Shown here piece by piece: positions 48,921-61,957 of a DNA stretch of 64,000 nt (position 1 is its first letter; each line of letters starts with the position of its first letter). This stretch comes from an uncultured Desulfatitalea sp. GTDB taxonomy: Bacteria > Desulfobacterota > Desulfobacteria > Desulfobacterales > Desulfosarcinaceae. A program made the position numbers and the translations under genes. Location of the stretch: NCBI GenBank assembly GCA_963668675.2, contig CAXXMB010000002.1:2688001-2752000 (forward strand), in the 5' to 3' direction. The notes below the pieces were generated by a model. The model made no database searches, was not told the DNA's origin, and saw only the letters and a program-made list of their open reading frames with translations.

Positions 48921-49961
48921 CTAGTGCATCTCCGCAGCACAGACGCGACATGTCTTTCGGGTCGCGATGTTGCGGATTTTGCAGCGTGGGCATTCATTTT
49001 CAATTTTACTGCGGATCCAAGGAAGTAAGCCGCCCGGCATGTACAGCAGGATGACCATTACGACGATGGCGAACATCAGTTGCCGCAACTCGGGCCACAT
49101 CCGAAAGAACTCCAGCAGGGGGAACAGGATGAAGACGGCGCCCACCGGTCCCCAGATGGTGACCATGCCGCCGAACACGCTCCAGATGACCACCTGGAAC
49201 GACATGGAGATCTCCAGTGTGGACGGTCCTGCAATGCGCATGAAATGCGCATAGAGCCCGCCGGACAGACCTGCAAAGAATCCGCTGAGACTAAAGGCGA
49301 TCAATTTGAATTTGATGGTATTGATGCCGGCCGCTTTGACGGCCAGTTCGTCTTCACGTATGGCGTGGAAGATGATGCCGATTTTGGAGTCGGTGATTTT
49401 CCACATGATGGTGACGAGCACCAGCATGGTGATGACGACGATATAGTAGTTGGCCACCCGCGATCGCGCCAGACGGCTCAAACCGGATAACCCCAGCTCG
49501 CCGCCAGTTAGATCCGGCACGGCAAAGACAAGCCCCAGTAAGATGATGGGGAAGGCCAGGGTGGTGAGGGCCAGGTAGGTCCCGCGCAGCCGCAGGCAGG
49601 GGATGCCCACCGACAACCCTGCAAGCACGGCGATAAGGGCCCCCGAAGGAATGCTGGCCCACGGCGGGAAACCGGCCCTGAGGTTGAGGATGGCGGCGCC
49701 GTAAGCGCCGACCCCGAAGAACAGGGCGTGGCCGAAGTTGATCTGACCGGTGAAGCCGGAGAGCAGGTCCCAGCTGGCCGCAAAGATGGCGAAGATGCTC
49801 GCCAGAATCATGATCCGCATGACATAAGGATCGCTGATGAGATACGGCAGCAGCATCAGCGTCAGAAAAAACAGAAACACGACAATCCGGCTGGGAAGGA
49901 CAAATACTTCGTTTTTCAGAATTAATACAAATTTTCGCAAATAGTAGCGCAACAGATTCAT
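48921..49961 (-). CDS. LivM-like permease with C-terminal zinc ribbon
   Basis: G.TGQINFGHA.FFG.GAY, LRLRG.Y.AL.TLAF; CPRC...CRVC. Confidence 0.88.
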   Translation of the reverse strand: MNLLRYYLRKFVLILKNEVFVLPSRIVVFLFFLTLMLLPYLISDPYVMRIMILASIFAIFAASWDLLSGFTGQINFGHALFFGVGAYGAAILNLRAGFPPWASIPSGALIAVLAGLSVGIPCLRLRGTYLALTTLAFPIILLGLVFAVPDLTGGELGLSGLSRLARSRVANYYIVVITMLVLVTIMWKITDSKIGIIFHAIREDELAVKAAGINTIKFKLIAFSLSGFFAGLSGGLYAHFMRIAGPSTLEISMSFQVVIWSVFGGMVTIWGPVGAVFILFPLLEFFRMWPELRQLMFAIVVMVILLYMPGGLLPWIRSKIENECPRCKIRNIATRKTCRVCAAEMH

Positions 49962-49963
49962 GT

Positions 49964-50833
49964 CTATCCCTCTTCTTCGAATTGAACACCGAAAAGGCCT
50001 GCCGGCCGGACTACGAGAACGAGAATCATGATGGAAAGAGCCACCGCTCCTTTGAGAAATGCTCCTGACGGAAGTAAAAAGACCACCATCGCTTCGGCAA
50101 AACCCAATATGAAGGCCGCATAGAAGCTGCCTTTGATGCTCCCCATACCGCCGAGCACCACCACGGCCATCATCATGATCAGGGGATGGCTCCACATGAA
50201 GGGCTCTATCGTGGTGAGCGGAACGATGATGGCCCCTGTGGCGCCGGCCAATCCCACGGAGATCACCACCGCCATCATGGCCACCCGGCTCTCGTTCATC
50301 CCCATGAGGTTGGCCACCTCACGGTCCTGGGCCGTTGCCCGGATGGCCAGGCCCAGTTTGGTATGCATGAGAAACAGCCGCATGGCCCCAAGTACGACCA
50401 GCACCGACGCAAAGGTGATCAGCTGCTGATAGAAAACCTTGACGCCCAAGATCGTTGCATAACCTTTGATCAGGGCCGGTACGCTGAGGTAATCGCCGGA
50501 GAAGATCAGCAGCATGATCTCCTGCAGGGCGATGGCCAGGGCGATGGTGCCGATCAGTACGGCCTGTTCGTGCTCGCGGATGGGGGCGATGAACACCTTA
50601 AAAACGATGTAGCCGAGGATCGATACCAGGATGACCCCGGTGAGCATGGCCGCCACCGAGTTGAACCCCAGGCGGTAGGTCGTGAAGTAGATACAGTAGG
50701 CCGCCACCATGTAAAACGCCGTATGGGCGATGTTGACGATTCGGGCGACACCGAAAATAAGAGAGAAACCGATCGCAAGCAGCGCATAGGTGCTCCCGTT
50801 GATCAGGCTGGTGATCAAGATATCGATTAACAT
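49964..50833 (-). CDS. LivH-like permease
   Basis: YALLAIGFSLIFG...NIAH, GLAIRATAQD, VVLGGMGS. Confidence 0.9.
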   Translation of the reverse strand: MLIDILITSLINGSTYALLAIGFSLIFGVARIVNIAHTAFYMVAAYCIYFTTYRLGFNSVAAMLTGVILVSILGYIVFKVFIAPIREHEQAVLIGTIALAIALQEIMLLIFSGDYLSVPALIKGYATILGVKVFYQQLITFASVLVVLGAMRLFLMHTKLGLAIRATAQDREVANLMGMNESRVAMMAVVISVGLAGATGAIIVPLTTIEPFMWSHPLIMMMAVVVLGGMGSIKGSFYAAFILGFAEAMVVFLLPSGAFLKGAVALSIMILVLVVRPAGLFGVQFEEEG

Positions 50834-50855
50834 AACACCTCACCGCATTACCTGG

Positions 50856-50894
50856 GCAAGCGCCCCTGGCGGCAATGCCGTCAGGGGCGCTTGC
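50856..50894. other. Strong hairpin after the binding-protein gene (mRNA stabiliser or partial terminator)
   Basis: GCAAGCGCCCCTGGCGGC-AAT-GCCGTCAGGGGCGCTTGC. Confidence 0.6.
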
Positions 50895-50918
50895 GTCTGT
50901 TCTATGTTTGCGTCGTGG

Positions 50919-52235
50919 CTATTTTTTGTAGGCTTTGATGACCCAGGGCGGAATTTTGTAATCGACGACGCCCTTGTAGGTGATTTCAGGAGCGCCTTCG
51001 GCGGCCACCCAATGGTTGGGCCACACGGCCACCATTTTGCCGTCGATCCACTGGCCGGCCATGCTGGTCAGATAGCCCGGGCCCCAGGTGAGGTCATGCA
51101 GGTGGCGTCCCTCTTTGTCTTTCATGTATTTGACTAACCCACCGGGAGTCTTGTGAACCGAGTCCTCGATCGCGCTGACCAGTTTGTCCTGGTCGAGGCT
51201 GCCCACCTCTTCGATGGTCTGAACGAGTGTGTATTTGATGGCCGAGTAGGTATCCGCGGTGTAGGTCGGGGTCTCTTCGAACTTTTCAACGTAGGTGTCG
51301 ATGAACGGTGTGGTGAGTTCGTTGTATTCCGCCCCACGGATGTAAGTGTTGATGGTGACGATATATTCTCCCATGCCTTGGGTGGCCTGCCAGAAGCCGT
51401 CCTTTTGGCCTTCCACGTTTATGCCAACCTGCACGGCTGGGATTTTCAGCTCACCGCCCTGGCGGGCGAAGGGAATGCCCACGGACGAGGAGAAGATGGT
51501 GAAGATCAAATTCGCGCCGGTGCGCTGGATGGCAGAGAGTTCAGCCGTCACATCAGTAGCCACTGGAGACGGACGCCAAACGCCCACGGGTTCCATCCCG
51601 ACTTTCGGGAGAAAATCTTCGGCGGCCTTTACCATGGGATCGGCCCACATGGCTTTTTCGGCCACGATGGCGACCTTGACTTTGTCGAGGCCCAACTCTT
51701 CTTTAAGAATTTTGCCGATGTACATTACGTGGATGAAACTGGTTTTGACGAGAAAGAACGAATTGAACGGCGTTCCACGGAAGAAATACTTGTAGGTATC
51801 ATAGTCCTTGGCGACCCGTTCGCACAGCTCCGGATGGGCTGCGCCGCAACCGATGAAGATCTTCTGATACTCCATGGCGATGTCCTGCATGGCTAGCACC
51901 GCTTCCGAGCGGAAACCGCCAACTACAAAGTCGACCTTGTTGCGTGTCATGAGCAGTTCCATGGCATTGGTGGCGTCGGCGATGTTGAGGAACTCGTTGG
52001 AGTCGGCTTTGACCAGTTCGATCTTCATCATCTTCTTGCCGACTTTGACACCGCCCTTTGCGTTGATTTCCTCTGCCGCCATGGTGGCGCCGTTCCAGTG
52101 TCCCTTGCCCTGTAAAAACTGCATCGGGCCGATGACACCGATTTTGATGGTGTCCGCCGCCCATGCCGGGGTGCCGAACGACAAGGCCACTGCCCCCATC
52201 AGCAATACGATCATAAGAAGTCTAACGTTTTTCAT
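50919..52235 (-). CDS. LivK-like ABC substrate-binding protein
   Basis: Signal peptide AWA; IKIGVIGP, AAEEINAKGGV. Confidence 0.9.
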   Translation of the reverse strand: MKNVRLLMIVLLMGAVALSFGTPAWAADTIKIGVIGPMQFLQGKGHWNGATMAAEEINAKGGVKVGKKMMKIELVKADSNEFLNIADATNAMELLMTRNKVDFVVGGFRSEAVLAMQDIAMEYQKIFIGCGAAHPELCERVAKDYDTYKYFFRGTPFNSFFLVKTSFIHVMYIGKILKEELGLDKVKVAIVAEKAMWADPMVKAAEDFLPKVGMEPVGVWRPSPVATDVTAELSAIQRTGANLIFTIFSSSVGIPFARQGGELKIPAVQVGINVEGQKDGFWQATQGMGEYIVTINTYIRGAEYNELTTPFIDTYVEKFEETPTYTADTYSAIKYTLVQTIEEVGSLDQDKLVSAIEDSVHKTPGGLVKYMKDKEGRHLHDLTWGPGYLTSMAGQWIDGKMVAVWPNHWVAAEGAPEITYKGVVDYKIPPWVIKAYKK

Positions 52236-52814
52236 TGGGTCACTCCTTTCCCGGTTATTGGCACTCACTGCAATACGCTCGGCAGGCAGATGGATCCTGT
52301 CGAGATGGTTCGCCAGGTTTCCAGCAATGCCGGAAGTGGAAAATGGGATTGGTTAAATTTAAGCGGGGTATCAGGAGCCGGCTGGTGTAAAGTTGCCTGT
52401 GGTGTAAAAACCAAGAGTGTTCGATCTGTCTCAACGAGTCGCCCAAGGTAATCGTCCTTTTTCCGCGCTGTTGTGTGCTGCCGGCATGGACTGGTGGCCA
52501 TGTCAGCCTTAGTAGACCGATAAGAATGTGAATTGGGTTCAATAAGTTTTAAGTACGTCATTCCCTTTTGATTTGTCAATAGTCTGATCAAGCGGGCCAA
52601 GGTTTTACGGTTGCATGGACTGTGGGAATATGTTTCATATCCAGATTTTTGTCCTGTTTTGCTACAGTTACCTGTCTTGTCGAAGTGGAGCGGATCTCCC
52701 CCTTTATCCTTGTGAAAACCTCGAAGCGCCTCTAAAATGTACAGATTCGTTTCCATGGGGTTGACGATAGCCACCCCTGTCAGCCGGTTGGTACATCAAA
52801 TTTCGGAGGATTTC

Positions 52815-53639
52815 ATGACCCTGATCAGCGTGAACGAGGAGTGCTGCAAGCGAGACGGCATCTGTGCAGAGGTGTGTCCGGCAGCGATCATCGAATTCAA
52901 GGATAAAGAGGCCTTCCCGACCATGGTCGATGGTGGTGAGGAGGTGTGCATCCGGTGTGGACACTGCGTGGCGGTTTGCCCCCACGGGGCATTGAGCCAT
53001 GCGGATATGAAGACGGAAGAGTGCCCGCTCATCCGAAAAGAGATGATGATCTCGGCCGAGCAGGCCGAGCAGTTTTTGCGCCAACGCAGATCCATCCGGA
53101 CTTACAAGGAGCGCAGGGTCGAGCGCGACCAACTGGAGCGGCTCATCCGGATCGCCCGCTATGCACCCTCGGGCCACAACACGCAACCCGTCGAGTGGAT
53201 GGTCATCTACGAAAAAGAGGAGGTGCACCGGCTCGCCGGCATGGTGATCGACTGGATGCGAACGCTCATCGACGAGGCATCGCCCCTGGTCGAGATGCTT
53301 CATCTGGATCGGGTGGTGGAAAGCTGGGAGGCCGGCACGGAAAGGATTTTCAGAGGCGCCCCGCACCTGATCCTCACCCATGCGCACGAGGAGAACCGCA
53401 CCGCCCAGAGCGGGTGTACCATTGCTTTGACCTATCTCGAACTGATGGCCACCGGCATGGGGTTGGGCGCCTGCTGGGCCGGGTACTTCACCGCTGCGGC
53501 GCTTTTCTGGCCGCCCGTCATGAAGGCCCTTAATTTGCCAGAGGGCCATGTGGTTTACGGCGCGCTGATGATCGGCTATCCCAAACACCGCTACCACCGG
53601 ATGCCGTTACGCAACGAGCCCGGCATCACCTGGCGTTAG
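52815..53639 (+). CDS. Ferredoxin-nitroreductase fusion
   Basis: CKRDGICAEVCP, CIRCGHCVAVCP, RRSIR.Y, APSGHN.QP, GLGACWAG. Confidence 0.92.
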   Translation: MTLISVNEECCKRDGICAEVCPAAIIEFKDKEAFPTMVDGGEEVCIRCGHCVAVCPHGALSHADMKTEECPLIRKEMMISAEQAEQFLRQRRSIRTYKERRVERDQLERLIRIARYAPSGHNTQPVEWMVIYEKEEVHRLAGMVIDWMRTLIDEASPLVEMLHLDRVVESWEAGTERIFRGAPHLILTHAHEENRTAQSGCTIALTYLELMATGMGLGACWAGYFTAAALFWPPVMKALNLPEGHVVYGALMIGYPKHRYHRMPLRNEPGITWR

Positions 53640-53640
53640 G

Positions 53641-55677
<2,037 letters not shown>

Positions 55678-55736
55678 GCCCTCCGGCCGTTTTCAACGAT
55701 AGGGTAAACCCCAAACTTCGCTTTTCCCGGAGGCGT

Positions 55737-56663
55737 TTACACAATCCAGAGTGCATGATCGGTGAGGCGGTCGATCAGATAGCGGGAGGTGCTGCCGTAG
55801 AAAAAGGAGCGGCCGCTGCCGCTTCGGCCGATGACAACCGTCTCGTAACCGCCGCTCTCGGCTTTTTTGGTGATCATTTTTCCAACTTTGGCTGTTTTTG
55901 TTTTAACGAGCACCTCTATCTGGTCGTTGGTTAGGCCCGCCGAAACCATCTCCTCGATCGCTTCGGTCCGAAAACGCGCGATCATCTCCTCTTCATGGCG
56001 CGAGAGCATCGCTGCCATGTCGTAGGTTTCAGGGCTGACGGCACCCAAGTGGTCCGCCCAGTTCTCCTGGCGAATGTGGAAAAAGGTCAGATGCAGATGG
56101 GTCATTCCGGCCAACAGGCGACCTAACCGGCTGAGCATATCCGACCAGGAGGCCATCACGTCTACTCCAATGAGCAAGCGCTTGGGTTTGACCTCACCGT
56201 CCACGATCCACAAGGTTTGCTTTTCGCTATACTCCACCAGTTTGCTGCTCGCACTGCCCATGAAGAGTTTTTGTGCCCGGGTCAATCCCCTGCGGCCGGC
56301 AACAATGGCGTCATAGCCATATTTCAGCCCATATTCGAGAATGTCTTTGGCAAGGCCCAATGTCCGTTCATGGCTTACGATATCGATGTCGGCTTCGGCG
56401 ATGCCTTGCCGCAGCAACTGCTCCTTGCTTTTGTTCAGCATCTGATCCGAATCGGAATGGTGCTTTTCGTGCAGCTTTTTCAATGACAGCCGCACACCCT
56501 CATCTCTCTTGGCTTCATCGACCAGATACTGCGACATGATGGGGTGAACGTTGATCAGCGTGCATTGGCAATCGGCCCCGCCTTTCGCATAGGAGGCGGC
56601 GTAATTCAGTGCACGCTTCGCATGTATGGAGCCATCTGTTGCGATCAGTAATTTTTTCTTCAT
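55737..56663 (-). CDS. Tandem-domain universal stress protein
   Basis: KLLIATDGS, GRRGL..FMGS.S, GRSG..FYGSTS. Confidence 0.88.
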   Translation of the reverse strand: MKKKLLIATDGSIHAKRALNYAASYAKGGADCQCTLINVHPIMSQYLVDEAKRDEGVRLSLKKLHEKHHSDSDQMLNKSKEQLLRQGIAEADIDIVSHERTLGLAKDILEYGLKYGYDAIVAGRRGLTRAQKLFMGSASSKLVEYSEKQTLWIVDGEVKPKRLLIGVDVMASWSDMLSRLGRLLAGMTHLHLTFFHIRQENWADHLGAVSPETYDMAAMLSRHEEEMIARFRTEAIEEMVSAGLTNDQIEVLVKTKTAKVGKMITKKAESGGYETVVIGRSGSGRSFFYGSTSRYLIDRLTDHALWIV

Positions 56664-56742
56664 GGCGGCTTTCCTTCCTCTTGAGGCCATCTCATCCTCG
56701 TCAATAGTGCTGTATCGACAGTTGAACTCATCTAATGGGATG

Positions 56743-56759
56743 AGCAGAAAACATGCCAG
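56743..56759 (-). promoter_or_regulatory. Putative sigma-54 promoter of the USP gene
   Basis: Minus strand CTGGCATGTTTTCTGCT (GG-N10-GC); IHF-consensus TATCAATCTGTTA at 56817-56829. Confidence 0.6.
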
Positions 56760-56968
56760 CGCGAGAGGCGGAATATGCGGCGGTTTGATTCCGTAAGTCG
56801 GGGGAGCGACATCTGCTAACAGATTGATATTGAGATGATTTGCAGGGACTGGGTCCTCTTTTTATAGAATGGACGGCGGCGCTTGGCCGGATCGTTGAAC
56901 GTTGGCACGTTGTTGGCTTCTTTTACAGGGTGTAAAGCCGTTGAAAGAAGGCCCCCTCTGTTTCCAGC

Positions 56969-56995
56969 TATAGTTTCGAAAACAGATGCCGATAT
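56969..56995 (+). promoter_or_regulatory. Putative sigma-28 (FliA) promoter of the MCP
   Basis: TATAGTTT-N11-GCCGATAT versus consensus TAAAGTTT-N11-GCCGATAA. Confidence 0.7.
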
Positions 56996-57065
56996 TCAAG
57001 TTGATCGGCAATCGTCGGTTCCCAAAAAAAAACTGGAAATGAGCTGAGAAAGGGTGGAAGCCAAA

Positions 57066-59000
57066 ATGAGAGCTTGGAAGCTAAATCGACAATTGGCATT
57101 CGGATTTGCGCTGGTCCTGTTTTTTACCGGTATCGTCGGATTGGCGGGTTTGATATCCCTGCGAAATGTTTCGAAAGTGATGGATACATACCGCCAGGTC
57201 AATAAGGCACAAAGCGACTTCAGCGGCGCCGAACAGCACATTGCGCAATTTTTGCTGAACAGCCACGCGCAGGGACGAGAAGAACAGGCCGAGGCCGGCA
57301 AGGCGGCCACCGGGAAAATGGCCGGCATCATAGAAGGAATCAAAGCCGCTGAAGCGCAAGCCGATCTTGCCGAAGCGGCCAGAGAGAGCCTGAAAGCCCT
57401 TTTGGACAGCTATCTTGATTTTCAGAACAGCTTTGCCCGTTTTGCCGAATTTGAAAGTGCCAAAATTGTCGAAGAACAAAAAACCGTTGCATTGCTAGAG
57501 ACGTATGACGAATTGATCAAGAAAGGCGTATTCCGAACCGACGAGATGCTGGTGGCGAAAGGTTTTATTCAATCCAGTGCCTTCGGCTATTTCGAGCGCC
57601 CCACAGCGCAACGCAAGGCAGAGATAGACGCACATCAAGCAAAGTTTTCGCAAGCGATGGCCAAATGGAACACCCTCATCGAAAACAGCGACGATCTTCT
57701 CAAAGTTCATGCCCAGATCAAAACACGATTCGAACAGATCGGCCAATCCTTGCAAAAGCACTACGACCAGGTTCTCAGCCAGCAAGAGATGCAGCTGAAG
57801 ATGCACGCCGCCGAGAACAGCATCAGCCAAATGACCGCTGGACTCATCGGAAAGGCGACCGAAAAATTGGAAGAGGTCCAATCCGTTTCTTTGTCGATTA
57901 TCGGAATAGCCGTCCTGGCCGCCGTGCTGATGGGCGCCCTGTTTGCCTGGTTGACAGCAAGATCGATCACCGGCCCCATTAAACAGGTGACCGCCGGCCT
58001 TCAGGATGTGGCCGAGGGCGAGGGGGATCTGACCAAGCGGCTAAACCTCGACTACAAAAACGAGGTGGGTGAACTGGCCAACTGGTTCAATGTTTTTATG
58101 GATAAGCTGAACCGGATGATTCGTGAGATCGCCGGTAACGCATCCCAACTGGACCAATCTTCCACCCAACTGTTACAGCTGTCGGCCAGCATGTCCGAAG
58201 CGGCCGGAAATATGTCCGGACGTGCGTCTTCGGTGGCCGGCGCCACCGAAGAGATGAGCACCACCATGACATCGGTGGCGGCTTCGAGCGAACAAGCCTC
58301 GACCAGTGCCAACCTGGTGGCCGCGGCCGTAGAAGAGATGAATGCCTCGGTGAGCGAAATTGCGTCCAACTCCGAGAAAGCCAGGAGTGTTACCGAAACG
58401 GCCGTGGCCAAAACCAACACCACCTCGGAGCGGGTTCACCAGCTGGGCGCTGCAGCTGAGGCGATCAGCAAGGTAACAGAGGTGATTACCGAAATATCGG
58501 AACAGACCAACCTGTTGGCCCTCAATGCCACCATCGAGGCGGCCCGGGCCGGCGAAGCCGGTAAGGGGTTTGCCGTAGTGGCCAACGAGATCAAAGAGCT
58601 GGCTGCCCAAACCTCCCAGGCTACCCAGGATATCAAAGCCAAAATCAGCGACATTCAAAACTCGACCGGTTTGACCGTCTCTGAAATCGGCGAGATCTCC
58701 GAGGTGATCAACCACGTCAACGAAACCGTGGCCATCATCGCCTCTGCCGTCGAAGAGCAGGCGGTCACCACCCGCGATATTGCCGACAACATCAGCCAGA
58801 CCTCTCTCGGCATTCAGGAGGTGAACACCAACGTGGCCCAGAGCTCAGCAGTATCGGCGGATATCGCCGAAGAGGTGGGCAAGGTGAACAGCGACGCCGG
58901 AGACATATCCAACAGCAGCGCCACAGTTAAGCTGAACGCCGAAGAGCTCTCCAGCCTCTCCGAGCAACTCAGTGGCGTGGTGGGGCGGTTCAAATACTAA
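57066..59000 (+). CDS. Methyl-accepting chemotaxis protein
   Basis: Two [33 protein letters not shown]. Confidence 0.95.
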   Translation: MRAWKLNRQLAFGFALVLFFTGIVGLAGLISLRNVSKVMDTYRQVNKAQSDFSGAEQHIAQFLLNSHAQGREEQAEAGKAATGKMAGIIEGIKAAEAQADLAEAARESLKALLDSYLDFQNSFARFAEFESAKIVEEQKTVALLETYDELIKKGVFRTDEMLVAKGFIQSSAFGYFERPTAQRKAEIDAHQAKFSQAMAKWNTLIENSDDLLKVHAQIKTRFEQIGQSLQKHYDQVLSQQEMQLKMHAAENSISQMTAGLIGKATEKLEEVQSVSLSIIGIAVLAAVLMGALFAWLTARSITGPIKQVTAGLQDVAEGEGDLTKRLNLDYKNEVGELANWFNVFMDKLNRMIREIAGNASQLDQSSTQLLQLSASMSEAAGNMSGRASSVAGATEEMSTTMTSVAASSEQASTSANLVAAAVEEMNASVSEIASNSEKARSVTETAVAKTNTTSERVHQLGAAAEAISKVTEVITEISEQTNLLALNATIEAARAGEAGKGFAVVANEIKELAAQTSQATQDIKAKISDIQNSTGLTVSEIGEISEVINHVNETVAIIASAVEEQAVTTRDIADNISQTSLGIQEVNTNVAQSSAVSADIAEEVGKVNSDAGDISNSSATVKLNAEELSSLSEQLSGVVGRFKY

Positions 59001-59506
59001 CTCATTGAAAAAATGAGGAGCACATCCAACGCCGGCGAGTTACCGTCGGCGTTGTGCCTCAATGACTTTATCCCTCCCCTTGCAAGGGGCTTGTACCGGT
59101 CGGATCTTTCCGGCTTTTCTCAATTGGGACAGGCTTTCATTTTATTGCCGGTATCAACGATATCGATCTCTTTTCTTTCCTTTTTCTATCCGTTTGCTAC
59201 GAATAAATGGTGGTGCCATTTGAGCATACGGCTGTCACCGCTATGAGGAATTGAGGGTTTTTTATTGACACAGCATATGCTGAGCGGCATATTTATGCGT
59301 TTATTGATGGTCATGTGTGAGCAGACCGGTCATCAATCTTAGATGTGGGTTTATCAGGTGGCGTCGCGCAATCCTGCGCATTTCGCTTTCTCGTTGGTTG
59401 AACATTTTGGGTGACATCGACTCGATCCCCGCTTCAAAGGGAGTGGTTGAATACGCCCCAGAAAACAGACAACTTGAACTTTATTAAACGGATATAGGGG
59501 GTCATC

Positions 59507-60682
59507 ATGTCGAACAACTACAGATTTCATTGCCCGGTGAAAGTGGTCTCCGGAAAGAGTGCCCTGGATAAACTTCCCAGCGAATTCAAACAACTCGGTG
59601 GGAATCGGCCAATTATTGTCACTGACCAAGGTGTGGCCAAGGCCGGACTGCTCGATCTGATTCGAGGCGCCGTGGCCGAGTCCGAACTTACCATCGGGGC
59701 GGTCTATGATCAGGTGCCGCCGGACTCTCCGATCTCCTCCATTTTGGATATTGTGGAGATGTACAAGCAGAACGATTGCGATTGCATCCTTGCCGTGGGC
59801 GGCGGATCGACTATCGATACGGCCAAGGGGGTCAAGATCAAGTTGGCTGACCCGGATATCGATCTGATGAATTTCAAGGCGGTGCTGCGTATGGTCAAGC
59901 CGACCCGGCCGCTGATCGTGATCCCCACCACCGCCGGCACCGGCTCTGAAGTGACATCGGCGGCGGTGATCTCCGATCCGGACAAAGCGATCAAGCTTTC
60001 CCTGATCTCGCCGTCCATGCCGCCCAACACAGCGGTGATCGATCCGCGCATGACCGCTACCCTGCCGCCGCGGCTGACTGCCTCGACCGGCATGGACGCC
60101 TTGACCCATGCGGTGGAAGCCTGCCTGGGGATCCAGAAGAACCCGATCAGCGACGCGGTGGCCGCATCGGCCATCAAACTGATTTTCGAAAATCTGGTCG
60201 AGGTGGTCAAGAACGGTCAGAACCTGGAGGCTCGCCTGGCCATGGCCAATGCCGCCACCATGGCCGGCATCGCCTTCTCCAACTCCATGGTGACCATGGT
60301 GCATGCCCTGGGCCACTCGCTGGGCGCCATCTGCCATCTGCCCCACGGCGATGCCATGACCATCTGCCTGCCTGATGGGCTCGAGTTTAATCTCGATACG
60401 ATCGGCGACGAGTTGGGTGAACTACTGCTGCCTATTGCCGGTGCCAAGGCGTATGCAAATACGCCAAAGGGGCAGCGTGGCCAACGGGTCATTGAAAAGA
60501 TCAGGGAGTTGCGCCAGACCCTGCACGATCTCAGCGGTTTGCCGATTTCGTTGAAGGATGCCGGTGTCTCCGCGGACAAACTTTCGGCTGTCGCGGGGAT
60601 ATCTCCTAAGGATGGGGCGGCTTATTACAACCGGAAAAAATTTACTGCCGAAGAAGCCTTGGAAGTATTGAAGAAAATGTAA
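59507..60682 (+). CDS. Iron-containing alcohol dehydrogenase
   Basis: GGGSTIDTAK, PTTAGTGSEVT, GMDALTHAVE, HALGH, PHG. Confidence 0.93.
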   Translation: MSNNYRFHCPVKVVSGKSALDKLPSEFKQLGGNRPIIVTDQGVAKAGLLDLIRGAVAESELTIGAVYDQVPPDSPISSILDIVEMYKQNDCDCILAVGGGSTIDTAKGVKIKLADPDIDLMNFKAVLRMVKPTRPLIVIPTTAGTGSEVTSAAVISDPDKAIKLSLISPSMPPNTAVIDPRMTATLPPRLTASTGMDALTHAVEACLGIQKNPISDAVAASAIKLIFENLVEVVKNGQNLEARLAMANAATMAGIAFSNSMVTMVHALGHSLGAICHLPHGDAMTICLPDGLEFNLDTIGDELGELLLPIAGAKAYANTPKGQRGQRVIEKIRELRQTLHDLSGLPISLKDAGVSADKLSAVAGISPKDGAAYYNRKKFTAEEALEVLKKM

Positions 60683-60716
60683 AGCGGCCATTGAAGGGCG
60701 CTTTCTGTTTTTGACT

Positions 60717-60794
60717 TGTAAGGGCGGGGTTTATCCCCGCCTTTGCTTTTTGTGAATTAGAGCTTCACGGGCGGGGATAAACCCCGCCCCTACA
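60717..60794. repeat. Inverted pair of GTAG-type REP sequences
   Basis: TGTAAGGGCGGGGTTTATCCCCGCC ... GGGCGGGGATAAACCCCGCCCCTACA between convergent genes. Confidence 0.8.
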
Positions 60795-60804
60795 AAAAGC
60801 GTGT

Positions 60805-61326
60805 CTATAGGACCGGTTTCTCTTCGATCTCTACCTCGAAATTTTCCAAAAAGCGTGACACCATCATGTAGTACCCGATGGTAATGGTCAACTCTGCCAG
60901 CTCTCGATGCGACATCGCTTCGGCCAGGGCGTTGAAGGTCGAGTCACCGGCTTTGACATTGTGCACCACCTGATCGGTATATCGCAGCACCTTGCGTTCG
61001 ATATCATTGAAAATGGGATGGTCCGGGCCATCTTCCAGTGCCGCGATCTTCTCATCGCCGACACCGACACCGCGCGCTACACGTTTGTGCTGAAAGACTT
61101 CATATCCCGCTCGGCTCAGGATGCCGACCCGCAGAATAGCAAGCTCCCTCAGTTGGCTGTCGAGTTGATTCTCCCTGAGCAGCGCCCCTCCCAGTTTTAA
61201 GAACCCCACAGCTGCCGGCCCGCTGTGGGCCAGCATGCGATAGATGTTGAGCGGGGGGCGGGTCTCGACGGCTTTGCGGAGTGCTTCGTCGGCTTCGGCC
61301 ATGTCAAAGTAGGGGATGCGCGGCAT
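60805..61326 (-). CDS. Carboxymuconolactone decarboxylase/AhpD-like protein
   Basis: LNIYRMLAHS, LRELAILR, YE..QH, ELT.TIGYY.MV; GGAGA RBS. Confidence 0.85.
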   Translation of the reverse strand: MPRIPYFDMAEADEALRKAVETRPPLNIYRMLAHSGPAAVGFLKLGGALLRENQLDSQLRELAILRVGILSRAGYEVFQHKRVARGVGVGDEKIAALEDGPDHPIFNDIERKVLRYTDQVVHNVKAGDSTFNALAEAMSHRELAELTITIGYYMMVSRFLENFEVEIEEKPVL

Positions 61327-61491
61327 ATAGTCTCCTCTCTCAATTAAAAGGTAAGGATGCCATTGTCCGCAATCCCTATCCGACACGGAGGCGTTGTCCG
61401 GAGTCTCAGCGGTTGCGGCACTGCACGGGCTATGGGCGCAATTGTAGCAGAGGTTTCTCAATATGTCATATTTGGGGGGAAGTAAGGGGGG

Positions 61492-61896
61492 CTACTGCCC
61501 GAAGATCGAGCTGATGAAACAGCCCCCACCGCCGCTGGAACTTGTGCCGCTGCTGTCGCCACCCTCAAGGGCGTTGTCGCTGCTTTCACCGTCTGATAAT
61601 GAAGCGAGGTATACCTCGTTGGAGTCACCGCTCTCATTTCCGTCGCTGTCGTATGCCCTTACGACGAAATAGTAGGATTCGTACTCGTCGAATCCCGTAA
61701 CGGTGCATTGGGAGGAGGTGCCTTGCCATTCGGGGTCGTTGTAGGCATACGACTCGCCGCGTTCACGGGCGTAGAGCCGGTAGCCTGAAGCATCGGTGCT
61801 GGGGTCCCATGCCAGAGTGACGTCTCTGGCGATTGCCATGGTTGGGAGTATGAATATCAGCAGGATTAGGAGTGCAACACTTTTTATTGAATGCAT
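61492..61896 (-). CDS. Small secreted fibronectin type III protein with GGGGCFI C-terminal motif
   Basis: Signal peptide; VTLAWD, GYRLY, YYFVVRAYD..GNES..SNEV; Ser/Gly linker then GGGGCFISSIFGQ. Confidence 0.85.
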   Translation of the reverse strand: MHSIKSVALLILLIFILPTMAIARDVTLAWDPSTDASGYRLYARERGESYAYNDPEWQGTSSQCTVTGFDEYESYYFVVRAYDSDGNESGDSNEVYLASLSDGESSDNALEGGDSSGTSSSGGGGCFISSIFGQ

Positions 61897-61957
61897 TCGG
61901 TTCCTTTAGCCTTAAGCGAATTTGGTGCGTGCGGAGAAGCGCACCTCCCAGAGAGTA

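Noticed and set aside
52265..52774. 169-aa ORF between the SBP and nitroreductase genes
   Set aside because: Covers an AT-richer divergent promoter region; no recognisable motif or RBS
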